In this document: positions 17,831 to 26,794 of the stretch, piece by piece
How the letters are laid out: each line of letters starts with the position of its first letter
Position numbering within the stretch: position 1 is the first letter of the stretch
Assembly (NCBI GenBank): GCA_021640525.1
Contig: JAJXBQ010000001.1
Coordinates: forward strand, 1-41,573
DNA: 41,573 nt
Reading direction: 5' to 3'
Source: Segatella copri
GTDB lineage: Bacteria > Bacteroidota > Bacteroidia > Bacteroidales > Bacteroidaceae
Position numbers and translations under genes: made by a program
The notes under the pieces: model-generated
The model's database searches: none
Seen by the model: only the letters and a program-made list of their open reading frames with translations
Told to the model about the DNA's origin: nothing

Positions 17831-17895
17831 ACCTACCATTTATCTACTCGTAACCTACACACGATGCCTATGTCTGAAAAATCTCCTTAACTTTG
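17831..17895 (+). promoter_or_regulatory. TonB-receptor promoter with three phased AYCTAC repeats
   Basis: ACCTAC 17831, ATCTAC 17842, ACCTAC 17853 (11-bp period); -7 TAACTTTG at 17888-95 with no canonical -33 TTTG. Confidence 0.55.
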
Positions 17896-17965
17896 CAACC
17901 GCAATCGAATCGCATTCGGTGGCAAGTGAAATCATGTCAAATCAAGAATAAACAACTGTAAGATT

Positions 17966-20272
17966 ATGAACTTAAGAATCCGTACATTTTCTATGGCTTT
18001 GGTAGCGATGTCAGCTGCAAGCCAAGTGTATGCACTTCCTTCTGACGATTCTGAAAACAAGGAGAAAAAGGAAGAGCGAAATGTGATGCTCAACGCATCT
18101 GATGCCAACAAGCCTCGTGAAATCCAGATAGGATTGCCAAGCGAGGATGTAACCGTATATGAGAACGGTCTGCCTGCCGTTTACTCTTCTTCCGTACACA
18201 AACTCTCTGCCCATTGGCGAAGCGATGCCTCACTGAAAGGTACCGATTTGATGACTCCATCTGAGTCTGCCATTGCTACAGGTAATATTGCATACGCAGT
18301 TTCTTCTTTCAGCGAGTTGGGACAGAAAGAGTTCAAGGGCAAACTCAACTATAAGGCAAACCATTTTGGTATGCAGAATGTAGATCTCAATCTGTCTGGT
18401 GGCATCGGTGACAATTGGCTTTATACAGCCAGTATGTATCAGAATTTCGATCCAGGTAGTTTCAAGCTTCGCTTTACTGATTATGCCGACCGTACTCAAC
18501 TTTATCATTTCGGCATCACTCGTATCTTGAATGATGGAAAGGGACGTATCTCCTTATTATATAAGTATTCCAACAGCAAGAATCCCGGCAATTTTGCCAA
18601 TGCAGCCCCATTTATCTATTCTGGCGACGGCAGTATCAAGAAGATTGATGGCTTTGATCCAGGTATGGACTCATACGTGCAGCGTCAAGGTTCTTTCCAA
18701 TACTTGAATACAAAGTCAGGAAAGATGGAGACATGGAATATGAGCGATGGCAGTGAGAATCACGCCAACGAGATTGCCCTCATCAGCCAGTACCAGTTTG
18801 ACAACGGATGGTTGTGGAAATTCAACGCTAAATACATGAATGCTCCTCGCGCCAACTACGTGGATTACGGTGGCAGCTCTATCTCGGAGGTGAGCGAGGC
18901 TGATGGCTATCAACTCTCCGACGGCTCAGCTTATAGCGGACTCATCGAGGGACGACGCACTTGGTTGCATGTAGGAAAGGTGAGCAATGCTCTCATGACG
19001 ACTGAAATCAGCAAGCAGTTGAACAACCACAAGTTGATGATTGGTCTGAACGAGTGGTATTATCACCTCGACTACTATTCATCATCTTACCAGTGGGCAG
19101 GTACCGTGGAGCCTTATCCTCGCACATTGAGCCAAATGTACGTAAACCCTCTTGACCCTACACAGACCGCACGTCGCTCAGAGACCTTCGGATATAACGA
19201 GCTGAGTCCTGAATACACCAAGGGTTCGGAGAACAAGTTGGCTGTTTATTTTACCGACGAATGGAAGGTAACCCCTAAGTTCAAAGTCTTCTATGGCGGA
19301 CGACTGGAATACTATCGCATGTCGGCAGACCAGATTTCAACCTCACGCTTCAAGGGATTCCATATCGGTAATTACAATACCTATTCTACAGCGGAGGATG
19401 GTTCTATCGTAGCCACAGCACATAACATCGAACCAGCCAAGGTGACCAAGGATAAGCTGAACTATGCGGCTACCCTGCAGTTGACATACAACCTCACCAA
19501 CCAGTTTGGTCTGACAGCCGACGGAACCATTGCCACCCGCTTCCCACGCATCAGCGAGTATGCAGGAACAGGTCCTACCGAAGAACAGTACAAGCGAGTT
19601 ACAATCCCGTTGATTCGTGGTGGAATCTTCTACAAGAACGATTGGATAGACTTGTCTTCCATGATTACTTACATCTCGAAGTCGAACAACATCGACCAGC
19701 AGAACCTCACCAAGCCTGGTACATCAGAAGGCAAGACCGTGTTGCTCATCTACAACATCCAGACCTTGGGTTGGACCACCTCTGCCGAGATCAATCCATT
19801 CAAGAACTTCCACATGCACGCGCTCTTCACCTATCAGAAGCCAGTATATAAGAACTACAATGCAAGCGTAACGTTCAACGACGGCCAGACTATGGGTGTA
19901 AATGCTAACAACATGATAGTGAAGGAGATTCCACAGGTACTCATTGAGTTGGACCCTAAGTATGACATCACCAAGAACTTGAACGCTTGGTTGAGCTTCC
20001 GTTACTTCGGCAAGACCTACGCCAACCTCCAGGAGGCACTCTATTTCAATGGTCACTGGGAGACTTTCGGCGGTATCAACTGGAACGTGAACAAGAAACT
20101 GAGTCTCGGTGTGAGCGTTATCAACATCCTCAACGAGAAGGGTGCCAAAGGTACCATAAACGGTTCGGAGTTGATTACCAAGGAAGAAGCCGGCAAATAT
20201 GCAGGTAAGTATATGAGCGGCAACTATCTTCGCCCATTCACCGTAGAATTCTCCGCAGGAATCAAATTCTAA
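17966..20272 (+). CDS. TonB-dependent outer-membrane receptor (non-SusC type)
   Basis: Signal peptide, short plug-like NVMLNAS...PREIQIGLP...VYENGLP, amphipathic beta strands, terminal Phe (AGIKF). Confidence 0.8.
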   Translation: MNLRIRTFSMALVAMSAASQVYALPSDDSENKEKKEERNVMLNASDANKPREIQIGLPSEDVTVYENGLPAVYSSSVHKLSAHWRSDASLKGTDLMTPSESAIATGNIAYAVSSFSELGQKEFKGKLNYKANHFGMQNVDLNLSGGIGDNWLYTASMYQNFDPGSFKLRFTDYADRTQLYHFGITRILNDGKGRISLLYKYSNSKNPGNFANAAPFIYSGDGSIKKIDGFDPGMDSYVQRQGSFQYLNTKSGKMETWNMSDGSENHANEIALISQYQFDNGWLWKFNAKYMNAPRANYVDYGGSSISEVSEADGYQLSDGSAYSGLIEGRRTWLHVGKVSNALMTTEISKQLNNHKLMIGLNEWYYHLDYYSSSYQWAGTVEPYPRTLSQMYVNPLDPTQTARRSETFGYNELSPEYTKGSENKLAVYFTDEWKVTPKFKVFYGGRLEYYRMSADQISTSRFKGFHIGNYNTYSTAEDGSIVATAHNIEPAKVTKDKLNYAATLQLTYNLTNQFGLTADGTIATRFPRISEYAGTGPTEEQYKRVTIPLIRGGIFYKNDWIDLSSMITYISKSNNIDQQNLTKPGTSEGKTVLLIYNIQTLGWTTSAEINPFKNFHMHALFTYQKPVYKNYNASVTFNDGQTMGVNANNMIVKEIPQVLIELDPKYDITKNLNAWLSFRYFGKTYANLQEALYFNGHWETFGGINWNVNKKLSLGVSVINILNEKGAKGTINGSELITKEEAGKYAGKYMSGNYLRPFTVEFSAGIKF

Positions 20273-20334
20273 GATAATAACGAAAGTTTCATAACGTTTA
20301 TATAATATAGCAATCACATAAAAACCAAAGAACG

Positions 20335-22515
20335 ATGAAAAAGGTATTTATGATTATCGCAGCGATGTGTATGACATCTATCATGGCATCTGCTCAAAAG
20401 ACCATCAGAGTGTCAACAAACAAGACCGACCTCGTGATGCAAGTTTCTCCTAAGGGTCGCCTCTACCAAGTGTATCTGGGTGACAAGTTGAAGAATCCTT
20501 CAGATTACAATCATCTGAAGTGGGATGTATATGCTGCTTCTGATGGTGCCGTCTGCCAGCGAGGTCATGAGGTTTATGCAACCTCTGGTGCTGAAGATTT
20601 CTTCGAGCCGGCAGTGGCAGTGACCCATGCAGATGGTAATATGACCACCTATTTGTATTACCAGTCTTCTGAAGAAAAGGCTATCAGTGGAGGTGTTGAG
20701 ACCATCATCACTCTTAAGGACAAGGTGTATCCGCTGACCGTGAAGCTCCACTATGCTGCTTATCCTAAGGAGAACGTTATCAAGGCATGGAGCGAAATCT
20801 CTCATAAGGAGAAAGCTCCGGTTACACTTTGGAGATATAGCTCTACAATGCTTTATTTTAAGGCAAACAAGTATTTCGTTACCAATTATCATAGCGACTG
20901 GGCTAAGGAAGGACAGCCTGAGACTTGTCAGTTGACTGCTGGTAAGAAGATTGTTGATACCAAGTTGGGTACCCGTGCAGCCATGCAGGAGGAGCCGTTC
21001 TTTGAACTGGGATTCGATGAGCCTGCCAAGGAGAATGAGGGCAAGGTGATGCTTGGAACCATCGGATGGCCTGGCAACTTCCGCTTTACCTTCGAGGTAG
21101 ATAATGTGGGAGCCCTTCGTGTTATTCCTGCCATCAATCCATACGCCTCTAATTATAAGCTGAAGGCTGGTGAGACGTTCACTACCCCTGAGTTTATCTT
21201 TGCCATGAGTGATAATGGTATTGGTGAGGCTTCCCGTAATTTGCACAATTGGGCTCGCCAGTATCAGGTAAACATGGGTATGGAAGATCGCCTTACGCTC
21301 TTGAACAACTGGGAGAATACCGGCTTCGACTTCAACCAGCAGAGTCTTGCTGAGTTGATGAAGGATGCCAAGGACCTGGGGGTAGATATGTTTTTGCTTG
21401 ATGATGGTTGGTTTGCCAACAAGTATCCTCGTAAGGACGACCATGCAGGTCTCGGCGACTGGGAGGCTACCAAGAGCAAGCTGCCTGATGGAATACCTGG
21501 ATTGGTAAGAGATGCCAAGAAGGCTGGTGTGAAGTTTGGTATTTGGATTGAGCCAGAGATGGTGAATCCTAAGAGTGAACTCTTTGAGAAGCATCCCGAC
21601 TGGGTGATTATGCAGCCAAAGCGTGATACCTATTATTACCGCAACCAGCTGGTACTTGATATCAGCAATCCTAAGGTACAGGATTATGTGTTCGGCATCG
21701 TGGATCGTATCATGACGGAGAATCCGGATGTGGCTTACTTCAAGTGGGACTGCAACAGTGTGATTACCAATATCTATTCTCCATATCATAAGGGAAATCA
21801 GGGTAATTTCTATATAGACCATGTTCGTGGTATCTACAAGGTGCTTACCCGTATTCATAACAAGTATCCTAAGTTGCCGATGATGCTCTGCTCTGGTGGT
21901 GGTGGCAGAATGGATTACGAGATGCTTAAGTATTTCACTGAGTTCTGGTGTTCGGACGATACGGATCCATACGAGCGCATCTATATCCAGTGGAGCTTGT
22001 CGAAGTTCTTCCCTGCCAAGACCATGGGTTCGCATGTAACTAACTGGAACAAGAATACCAGTGTGAAGTTCCGCACCGATGTTTGCAGTTCATGTAAGTT
22101 GGGCTTTGATATCGACCTCAAGTCGCTTTCTGGTGATGACTACAAGTTTGTGCAGAATGCTGTAAAGAACTACGATAACATGAAGCCGATGATTCTCGAG
22201 GGCGACCAGTATCGCCTGGTTTCTCCATACGAAGGCAACCACTGTGCCATTAACTATGTAAGTAAGGACAAGCAGCGTGCCGTTCTCTTTGCTTACGACT
22301 TGCATCCACGCTACAAGGAGCCTGTGATGAATGTGAAGATGCAGGGATTGGATGCCGATAAGGTTTATACCGTAAAGGAGACTAATCTGATGCCTGGCAA
22401 GGAGTCTGATTTGGAGTGCAATGGCAAGCAGTACAGCGGTGACTATCTGATGAAAGTCGGTTTGAATGTATTCAGCCAGACCGATGGAACCAGCCACGTA
22501 TTGGTATTAGAATAA
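20335..22515 (+). CDS. Alpha-galactosidase, glycoside hydrolase family 36 (secreted/periplasmic)
   Basis: LLNNWE, FLLDDGWF, FGIWIEPEMV, YFKWDCN (nucleophile), CSGGGGR, WCSDDTD (acid/base); signal peptide. Confidence 0.95.
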   Translation: MKKVFMIIAAMCMTSIMASAQKTIRVSTNKTDLVMQVSPKGRLYQVYLGDKLKNPSDYNHLKWDVYAASDGAVCQRGHEVYATSGAEDFFEPAVAVTHADGNMTTYLYYQSSEEKAISGGVETIITLKDKVYPLTVKLHYAAYPKENVIKAWSEISHKEKAPVTLWRYSSTMLYFKANKYFVTNYHSDWAKEGQPETCQLTAGKKIVDTKLGTRAAMQEEPFFELGFDEPAKENEGKVMLGTIGWPGNFRFTFEVDNVGALRVIPAINPYASNYKLKAGETFTTPEFIFAMSDNGIGEASRNLHNWARQYQVNMGMEDRLTLLNNWENTGFDFNQQSLAELMKDAKDLGVDMFLLDDGWFANKYPRKDDHAGLGDWEATKSKLPDGIPGLVRDAKKAGVKFGIWIEPEMVNPKSELFEKHPDWVIMQPKRDTYYYRNQLVLDISNPKVQDYVFGIVDRIMTENPDVAYFKWDCNSVITNIYSPYHKGNQGNFYIDHVRGIYKVLTRIHNKYPKLPMMLCSGGGGRMDYEMLKYFTEFWCSDDTDPYERIYIQWSLSKFFPAKTMGSHVTNWNKNTSVKFRTDVCSSCKLGFDIDLKSLSGDDYKFVQNAVKNYDNMKPMILEGDQYRLVSPYEGNHCAINYVSKDKQRAVLFAYDLHPRYKEPVMNVKMQGLDADKVYTVKETNLMPGKESDLECNGKQYSGDYLMKVGLNVFSQTDGTSHVLVLE

Positions 22516-22541
22516 CGTATCAACTATTCATAATAAAAACG

Positions 22542-22579
22542 AAAAGCAGCAAAGTCTATAATAGGCTTGCTGCTTTTTT
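22542..22579. terminator. Bidirectional terminator between GH36 and proB
   Basis: AAAAGCAGCAA...TTGCTGCTTTTTT. Confidence 0.85.
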
Positions 22580-22609
22580 AGGTTTCTGTATTTCTTATCC
22601 CTAATGATT

Positions 22610-23392
22610 TTACTTGTTTAGCGGTCTTGCCACAAACTCAGTATGAAGGGTCTCCATCGGATGCTCCTTCAGATTGATGAGGATGTTTGGCGTATTGCCG
22701 TTGGCAATGATTACCTTGATGCCGGCATTGGCTACGTCGTGAGCGGTCTTTACTTTCGAAGTCATTCCGCCTCTGCCGTGGCTGCTCTTGCTGGCAAGGA
22801 TGTATTCACTGATGTCGCGGTCGTAATAAACCGATGGGATGATGCGGGTGGTAGGCTCGCTTGGGTCACCATTGTAGATGCCATCCACATTACTTAATAG
22901 AATCAAGGTGTCGGCATTCATCATCTTGGCAATCAAGCCAGACAACTCATCGTTATCCGTAAACATCAGCTCGGTGATGCACACGGTATCGTTCTCGTTG
23001 ACGATAGGGAGCACGTTGTTTTCCAGCATCACCTGCATGCAGGCCTCCTGGTTCTTGTACTGCTCTTCGGCACCGAAATTCTCCTTCATGGTCAATACCT
23101 GACCAATCTTTATCTTATATTCACGGAAAAGGTTGTAATAGAGACCTACGAGTTTCACCTGTCCGATGGCAGAGAACAGCTGGCGCTGCTCCACGCTGTC
23201 CAGATGATGGTCAACATGCAGTTCGGCTCTTCCGGCAGCCACGGCACCAGAAGAAACCAGAATCACCTCATAGTCGTGCTTTCTGAGCCAGACAATCTGA
23301 TCAACAATCGCCGACATTCTCGTTACATCCAGTTTTCCGTCTTCTCGGGTCAGCACGTTGCTGCCCACCTTTACTACGATTCTTTTTCCCAT
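22610..23392 (-). CDS. proB: Glutamate 5-kinase, short form without PUA domain
   Basis: IVVKVGS, LVSSGAV, PIVNENDTV, FTDNDELS, GRGGMTSKV; 260 aa. Confidence 0.95.
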   Translation of the reverse strand: MGKRIVVKVGSNVLTREDGKLDVTRMSAIVDQIVWLRKHDYEVILVSSGAVAAGRAELHVDHHLDSVEQRQLFSAIGQVKLVGLYYNLFREYKIKIGQVLTMKENFGAEEQYKNQEACMQVMLENNVLPIVNENDTVCITELMFTDNDELSGLIAKMMNADTLILLSNVDGIYNGDPSEPTTRIIPSVYYDRDISEYILASKSSHGRGGMTSKVKTAHDVANAGIKVIIANGNTPNILINLKEHPMETLHTEFVARPLNK

Positions 23393-23455
23393 TTTATGCC
23401 GATATTTAGTTGGAGCAAGGAATCTGTTGTTTCAAATTCCTTGCCCCTTCAATCA

Positions 23456-25117
23456 TTATTTCTTTTTATTGTCTTTTTCTCGAATCTCTACTCTTCGAAT
23501 CTTGCCCGAGATGGTCTTTGGCAGTTCATCTACGAATTCGATGATGCGAGGATATTTATAAGGGGCAGTCTCATGCTTTACATGATCCTGCAACTTCTTG
23601 ATGAGGTCAGGGCCCGCCATACTCTTGTATTCGTCCTTCAGTACGACGGTAGCCTTGACTACCATACCGCGGATTGGGTCTGGCACACCGGTGATGGCGC
23701 ACTCTACTACGGCAGGGTGAGTCATCAGGGCATTCTCTACCTCGAAAGGACCGATACGGTAACCAGAACTCTTGATCACGTCATCGATTCTTCCCTCAAA
23801 CCAGAAGTAGCCTTCCTCATCACGCCAAGCCATATCGCCCGTGTGATAGTAACCATCATGCCAAACCGATTTGGTCTGCTTTTCATCACGATAGTAATAT
23901 TTGAAGAGGCCGATAGGCTTGTCGTCGCCGATGCGGATGCAAATCTCGCCCTTTTCACCATCTTCGCATTCCGTCATGTCTGGGCGAAGGATGTGAACAT
24001 CATATTGTGGGTTTGGCTTGCCCATGCTTCCTGGCTTTGGTTTGATCCAAGGGAAGGTTCCGAGTGTCATCGTGGTCTCAGTCTGTCCGAAGCCCTCGTA
24101 AATCTGAACACCAGTAAGTTTCTGGAAGGTCTCTGCCACGGATGGGTTCATAGCCTCGCCCGCAGTGGTGCAGTATTCAAGACTGCTGAGGTCATACTTA
24201 GAGAAATCTTCCTGAATCATGAAGCGGTAGATAGTAGGAGGGGCACAGAAAGAGGTGATGTGGTACTTCTCAATCTGGCGCATGATCTTATCCGCCGTAA
24301 ACTTCTCGTGATCGAAGACGAAGACGGTGGCTCCGGCAAACCATTGTCCGTAGAGCTTGCCCCATACAGCTTTGCCCCAACCGGTATCGGCTACGGTAAG
24401 ATGGATGGAGTTCTCATGGAGATTGTGCCAATATACACCCGTGGTCAGATGACCGAGCGCATAGAGGTGATCATGTGCCACCATCTTTGGCTCACCTGTG
24501 GTTCCCGATGTGAAGTACATCAGCAGGGTATCTTCATTAGAGTTTACATGTTCTGGACGAACGAAAGGAGCGCATTCGTTCCATTCCTTCATCCAGTCGT
24601 GGAAACCTTCAGGGATATCCGGACCGATACTAATCAATGTCTTGACAGTCGGACTCTCTGGCATTGCCTGATTAACCTGCTCTACCACGTAATCATCGCC
24701 GCAGCAGATGATAGCCTTCACGCTTGCTGCATTGTTGCGGTAAACGATGTCGTGCTTGGTAAGCATGTGGGTAGCTGGGATGGCTACGGCACCCAACTTG
24801 TGGAGACCGAGCATGGCAAGCCACCACTGATAGTGACGCTTCAGAATCAGCATCACCTTATCATCGTGACCGATGCCGAGACTCTGGAAGTAAGCAGCAG
24901 CCTTGTCGCTCTGCTCCTTCAGGTCCTTGTATGTAAAACGGATTTCTTCGCCACGTTCACTTGCCCAAAGCAGCGCCACGTGGTCTGGTTTGATCTTTGC
25001 CCATTCATCCATCACGTCGTAGGCAAAGTTGAAATCTTCTGGTATGATAAACTCCAGATGCTCCTTGAAGTCTTGCTCTGAAGTGAATTTTGTCTGTTTT
25101 AGAAATCTCTCGATCAT
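23456..25117 (-). CDS. AMP-forming acyl-CoA synthetase (acetyl-CoA synthetase-like)
   Basis: YFTSGTTGEPK, YEGFGQTE, YHTGD, GRIDDVIKSSGYRIGPFEVE, LPKTISGKIRR. Confidence 0.93.
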   Translation of the reverse strand: MIERFLKQTKFTSEQDFKEHLEFIIPEDFNFAYDVMDEWAKIKPDHVALLWASERGEEIRFTYKDLKEQSDKAAAYFQSLGIGHDDKVMLILKRHYQWWLAMLGLHKLGAVAIPATHMLTKHDIVYRNNAASVKAIICCGDDYVVEQVNQAMPESPTVKTLISIGPDIPEGFHDWMKEWNECAPFVRPEHVNSNEDTLLMYFTSGTTGEPKMVAHDHLYALGHLTTGVYWHNLHENSIHLTVADTGWGKAVWGKLYGQWFAGATVFVFDHEKFTADKIMRQIEKYHITSFCAPPTIYRFMIQEDFSKYDLSSLEYCTTAGEAMNPSVAETFQKLTGVQIYEGFGQTETTMTLGTFPWIKPKPGSMGKPNPQYDVHILRPDMTECEDGEKGEICIRIGDDKPIGLFKYYYRDEKQTKSVWHDGYYHTGDMAWRDEEGYFWFEGRIDDVIKSSGYRIGPFEVENALMTHPAVVECAITGVPDPIRGMVVKATVVLKDEYKSMAGPDLIKKLQDHVKHETAPYKYPRIIEFVDELPKTISGKIRRVEIREKDNKKK

Positions 25118-25127
25118 AGTTACTCTT

Positions 25128-25682
25128 CTAGATAATTATACAAAGGAACTTGGCTGGCTCATTGTTGAGTGAGCGGAAGCAATGCGACTTTCTACTGTCG
25201 AAGTAGATGCTGTCGCCTGGGTTCAGCACCATCACTTTTTCTTCGATGGTTACTTCGAGCTGTCCCTCAATCACATAATCATATTCCTGTCCGTCGTGTC
25301 CGTTCTTGTTTGGCTTCTTGTCGCCTGGCAACGGATCCACCTGTACCATGAACGGATTCACCTTTCTATCCTTGAATCCTACGGCAAGGCTCTGGTATTT
25401 ATACTGGTTGTTGCGGTCTATCTCCGGTCCCTGTCCCTTGCGGGTAACGTAGTATCCCTTCATGCGAGGTTCCTCGCCGAAGAGCAATACGTCAAGGTCG
25501 ATGCCGTATCGCTTAGAGATTTTTGACAGGCGATAAACAGAAGGATCCGCCTCACCGGATTCTATCTTGAGGTAATGATCAAGACTGATTTCGCACAGTT
25601 CTGCAATTTCCTCGGCAGGAATATTGAGAACCTCGCGGAGACCTTTCAGCCTTTCACCGATTTGTTTGATTGCTTCGTCCAT
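25128..25682 (-). CDS. XRE-family HTH + cupin transcriptional regulator
   Basis: IGERLKGLRE...YLKIESGE HTH; HDGQEYDYV...LNPGDSIYFDS..H cupin. Confidence 0.92.
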   Translation of the reverse strand: MDEAIKQIGERLKGLREVLNIPAEEIAELCEISLDHYLKIESGEADPSVYRLSKISKRYGIDLDVLLFGEEPRMKGYYVTRKGQGPEIDRNNQYKYQSLAVGFKDRKVNPFMVQVDPLPGDKKPNKNGHDGQEYDYVIEGQLEVTIEEKVMVLNPGDSIYFDSRKSHCFRSLNNEPAKFLCIII

Positions 25683-25829
25683 AAAATATTCTTTTTATTG
25701 TTTGCTTTGATAATACATCGAACAGTTGCTGATGGGCAATTTCGAAATGTAAGCGCAAAGATACGAAAAATATTTAAAACGGCTCAAAAAACTTACGTTT
25801 TTATAACTCTTTGTGCTTATAAAAACGAA

Positions 25830-25863
25830 AATGCTGCACAAATAAAGTAATCTGTGCAGCATT
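25830..25863 (-). terminator. Terminator after proC
   Basis: AATGCTGCACA/TGTGCAGCATT stem with an A-run on the left. Confidence 0.7.
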
Positions 25864-25878
25864 CATTGTATCATTTTC

Positions 25879-26661
25879 TTATTTTTTTCCTGCCAATAAA
25901 CCATTGATTACTGCGCTGGTAAAGCCGCCTTGTTCCATGGTGTTGAGGCCCTTGATGGTGCAGCCGCCAGGAGTTGTTACTTTATCAATGGCAGCCTCTG
26001 GGTGTTCGCCAGTTTCCTGAAGCAGTTCTACGGCACCCTTGATGGTCTGCAAGACAATCTTCTGGGCATCCTTTGCCTTGAAGCCCATCTCTATGCCGCC
26101 TTCTACATTGGCTCTTACATAGCGCATGGCGTAAGCGATGGCACACGACATAGCGGTAGCTGCTGGGAAGAGACGTTCTTCCATGATGAGGCTTTCGCCC
26201 AATTCATCGAAGATTTCTGTAATCTGCTGGATTTCTGTAGCAGATGCATCTACAGGAGTGATGAAGGTCATCGACTGCTTGTAGGCGATGGCGATGTTTG
26301 GCATCACGAGGAAGAAGGTTGGGGTGATACCATCCTTGTCCAGCCACTCCTTGATGTTGGCTGATGGCACACCGGCTGCTACCACTACGAGTTTCTGACT
26401 CTTGTAGTTGAGTGCATCCTTGATTCCCTTCAATGTCTTCTCCACGCACCAAGGTTTTACTACTACGCAAATGATGTCTGCGCCGTGGCAAGCCAACTGG
26501 TTGTCGAGGGTTACACTGGCTCCTTCGCTTGCGAAGTGATCCAATACTGGTTGGTTATGGTCAGATACCGTAATATCTGATGGAGTGAACTTCTCGCTCT
26601 GCAAGAGTCCTTCAGCCATGGCACCGCCCATAGCACCTGCTCCGATAATTGTTATTTTCAT
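25879..26661 (-). CDS. proC: Pyrroline-5-carboxylate reductase (start re-called at ATG 26661)
   Basis: MKITIIGAGAMG, VVKP, VMPN, VTTPGGCTIKGL. Confidence 0.95.
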   Translation of the reverse strand: MKITIIGAGAMGGAMAEGLLQSEKFTPSDITVSDHNQPVLDHFASEGASVTLDNQLACHGADIICVVVKPWCVEKTLKGIKDALNYKSQKLVVVAAGVPSANIKEWLDKDGITPTFFLVMPNIAIAYKQSMTFITPVDASATEIQQITEIFDELGESLIMEERLFPAATAMSCAIAYAMRYVRANVEGGIEMGFKAKDAQKIVLQTIKGAVELLQETGEHPEAAIDKVTTPGGCTIKGLNTMEQGGFTSAVINGLLAGKK

Positions 26662-26723
26662 TGTCGTCTTATAGTTAAAATGCAATTACGGTGCAAAGAT
26701 ACTACTTTTATCTGAAAATAGCG

Positions 26724-26794
26724 TGTTTATAGACGATTTTTTAAGAAAGTACGCTTGTTTACTGACGATTTTTTAAGAAATTCGCTAGTTTACT
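26724..26794. repeat. Tandem ~32-bp direct repeat (two units plus a partial third)
   Basis: TGTTTATAGACGATTTTTTAAGAAAGTACGCT / TGTTTACTGACGATTTTTTAAGAAATTCGCT / AGTTTACT. Confidence 0.85.

Noticed and set aside
20500..22035. 511-aa minus-strand ORF
   Set aside because: Antisense shadow of the GH36 gene. The same applies to 2148-3059, 3360-4400, 34538-35446, 40333-41184 and the other short overlapping ORFs.
22610..23392. ProB lacking the PUA domain as a pseudogene
   Set aside because: The kinase domain is complete, and PUA-less glutamate 5-kinases are known.
23204..25081. 625-aa plus-strand ORF
   Set aside because: Antisense shadow of the acyl-CoA synthetase and proB; no recognisable motifs.
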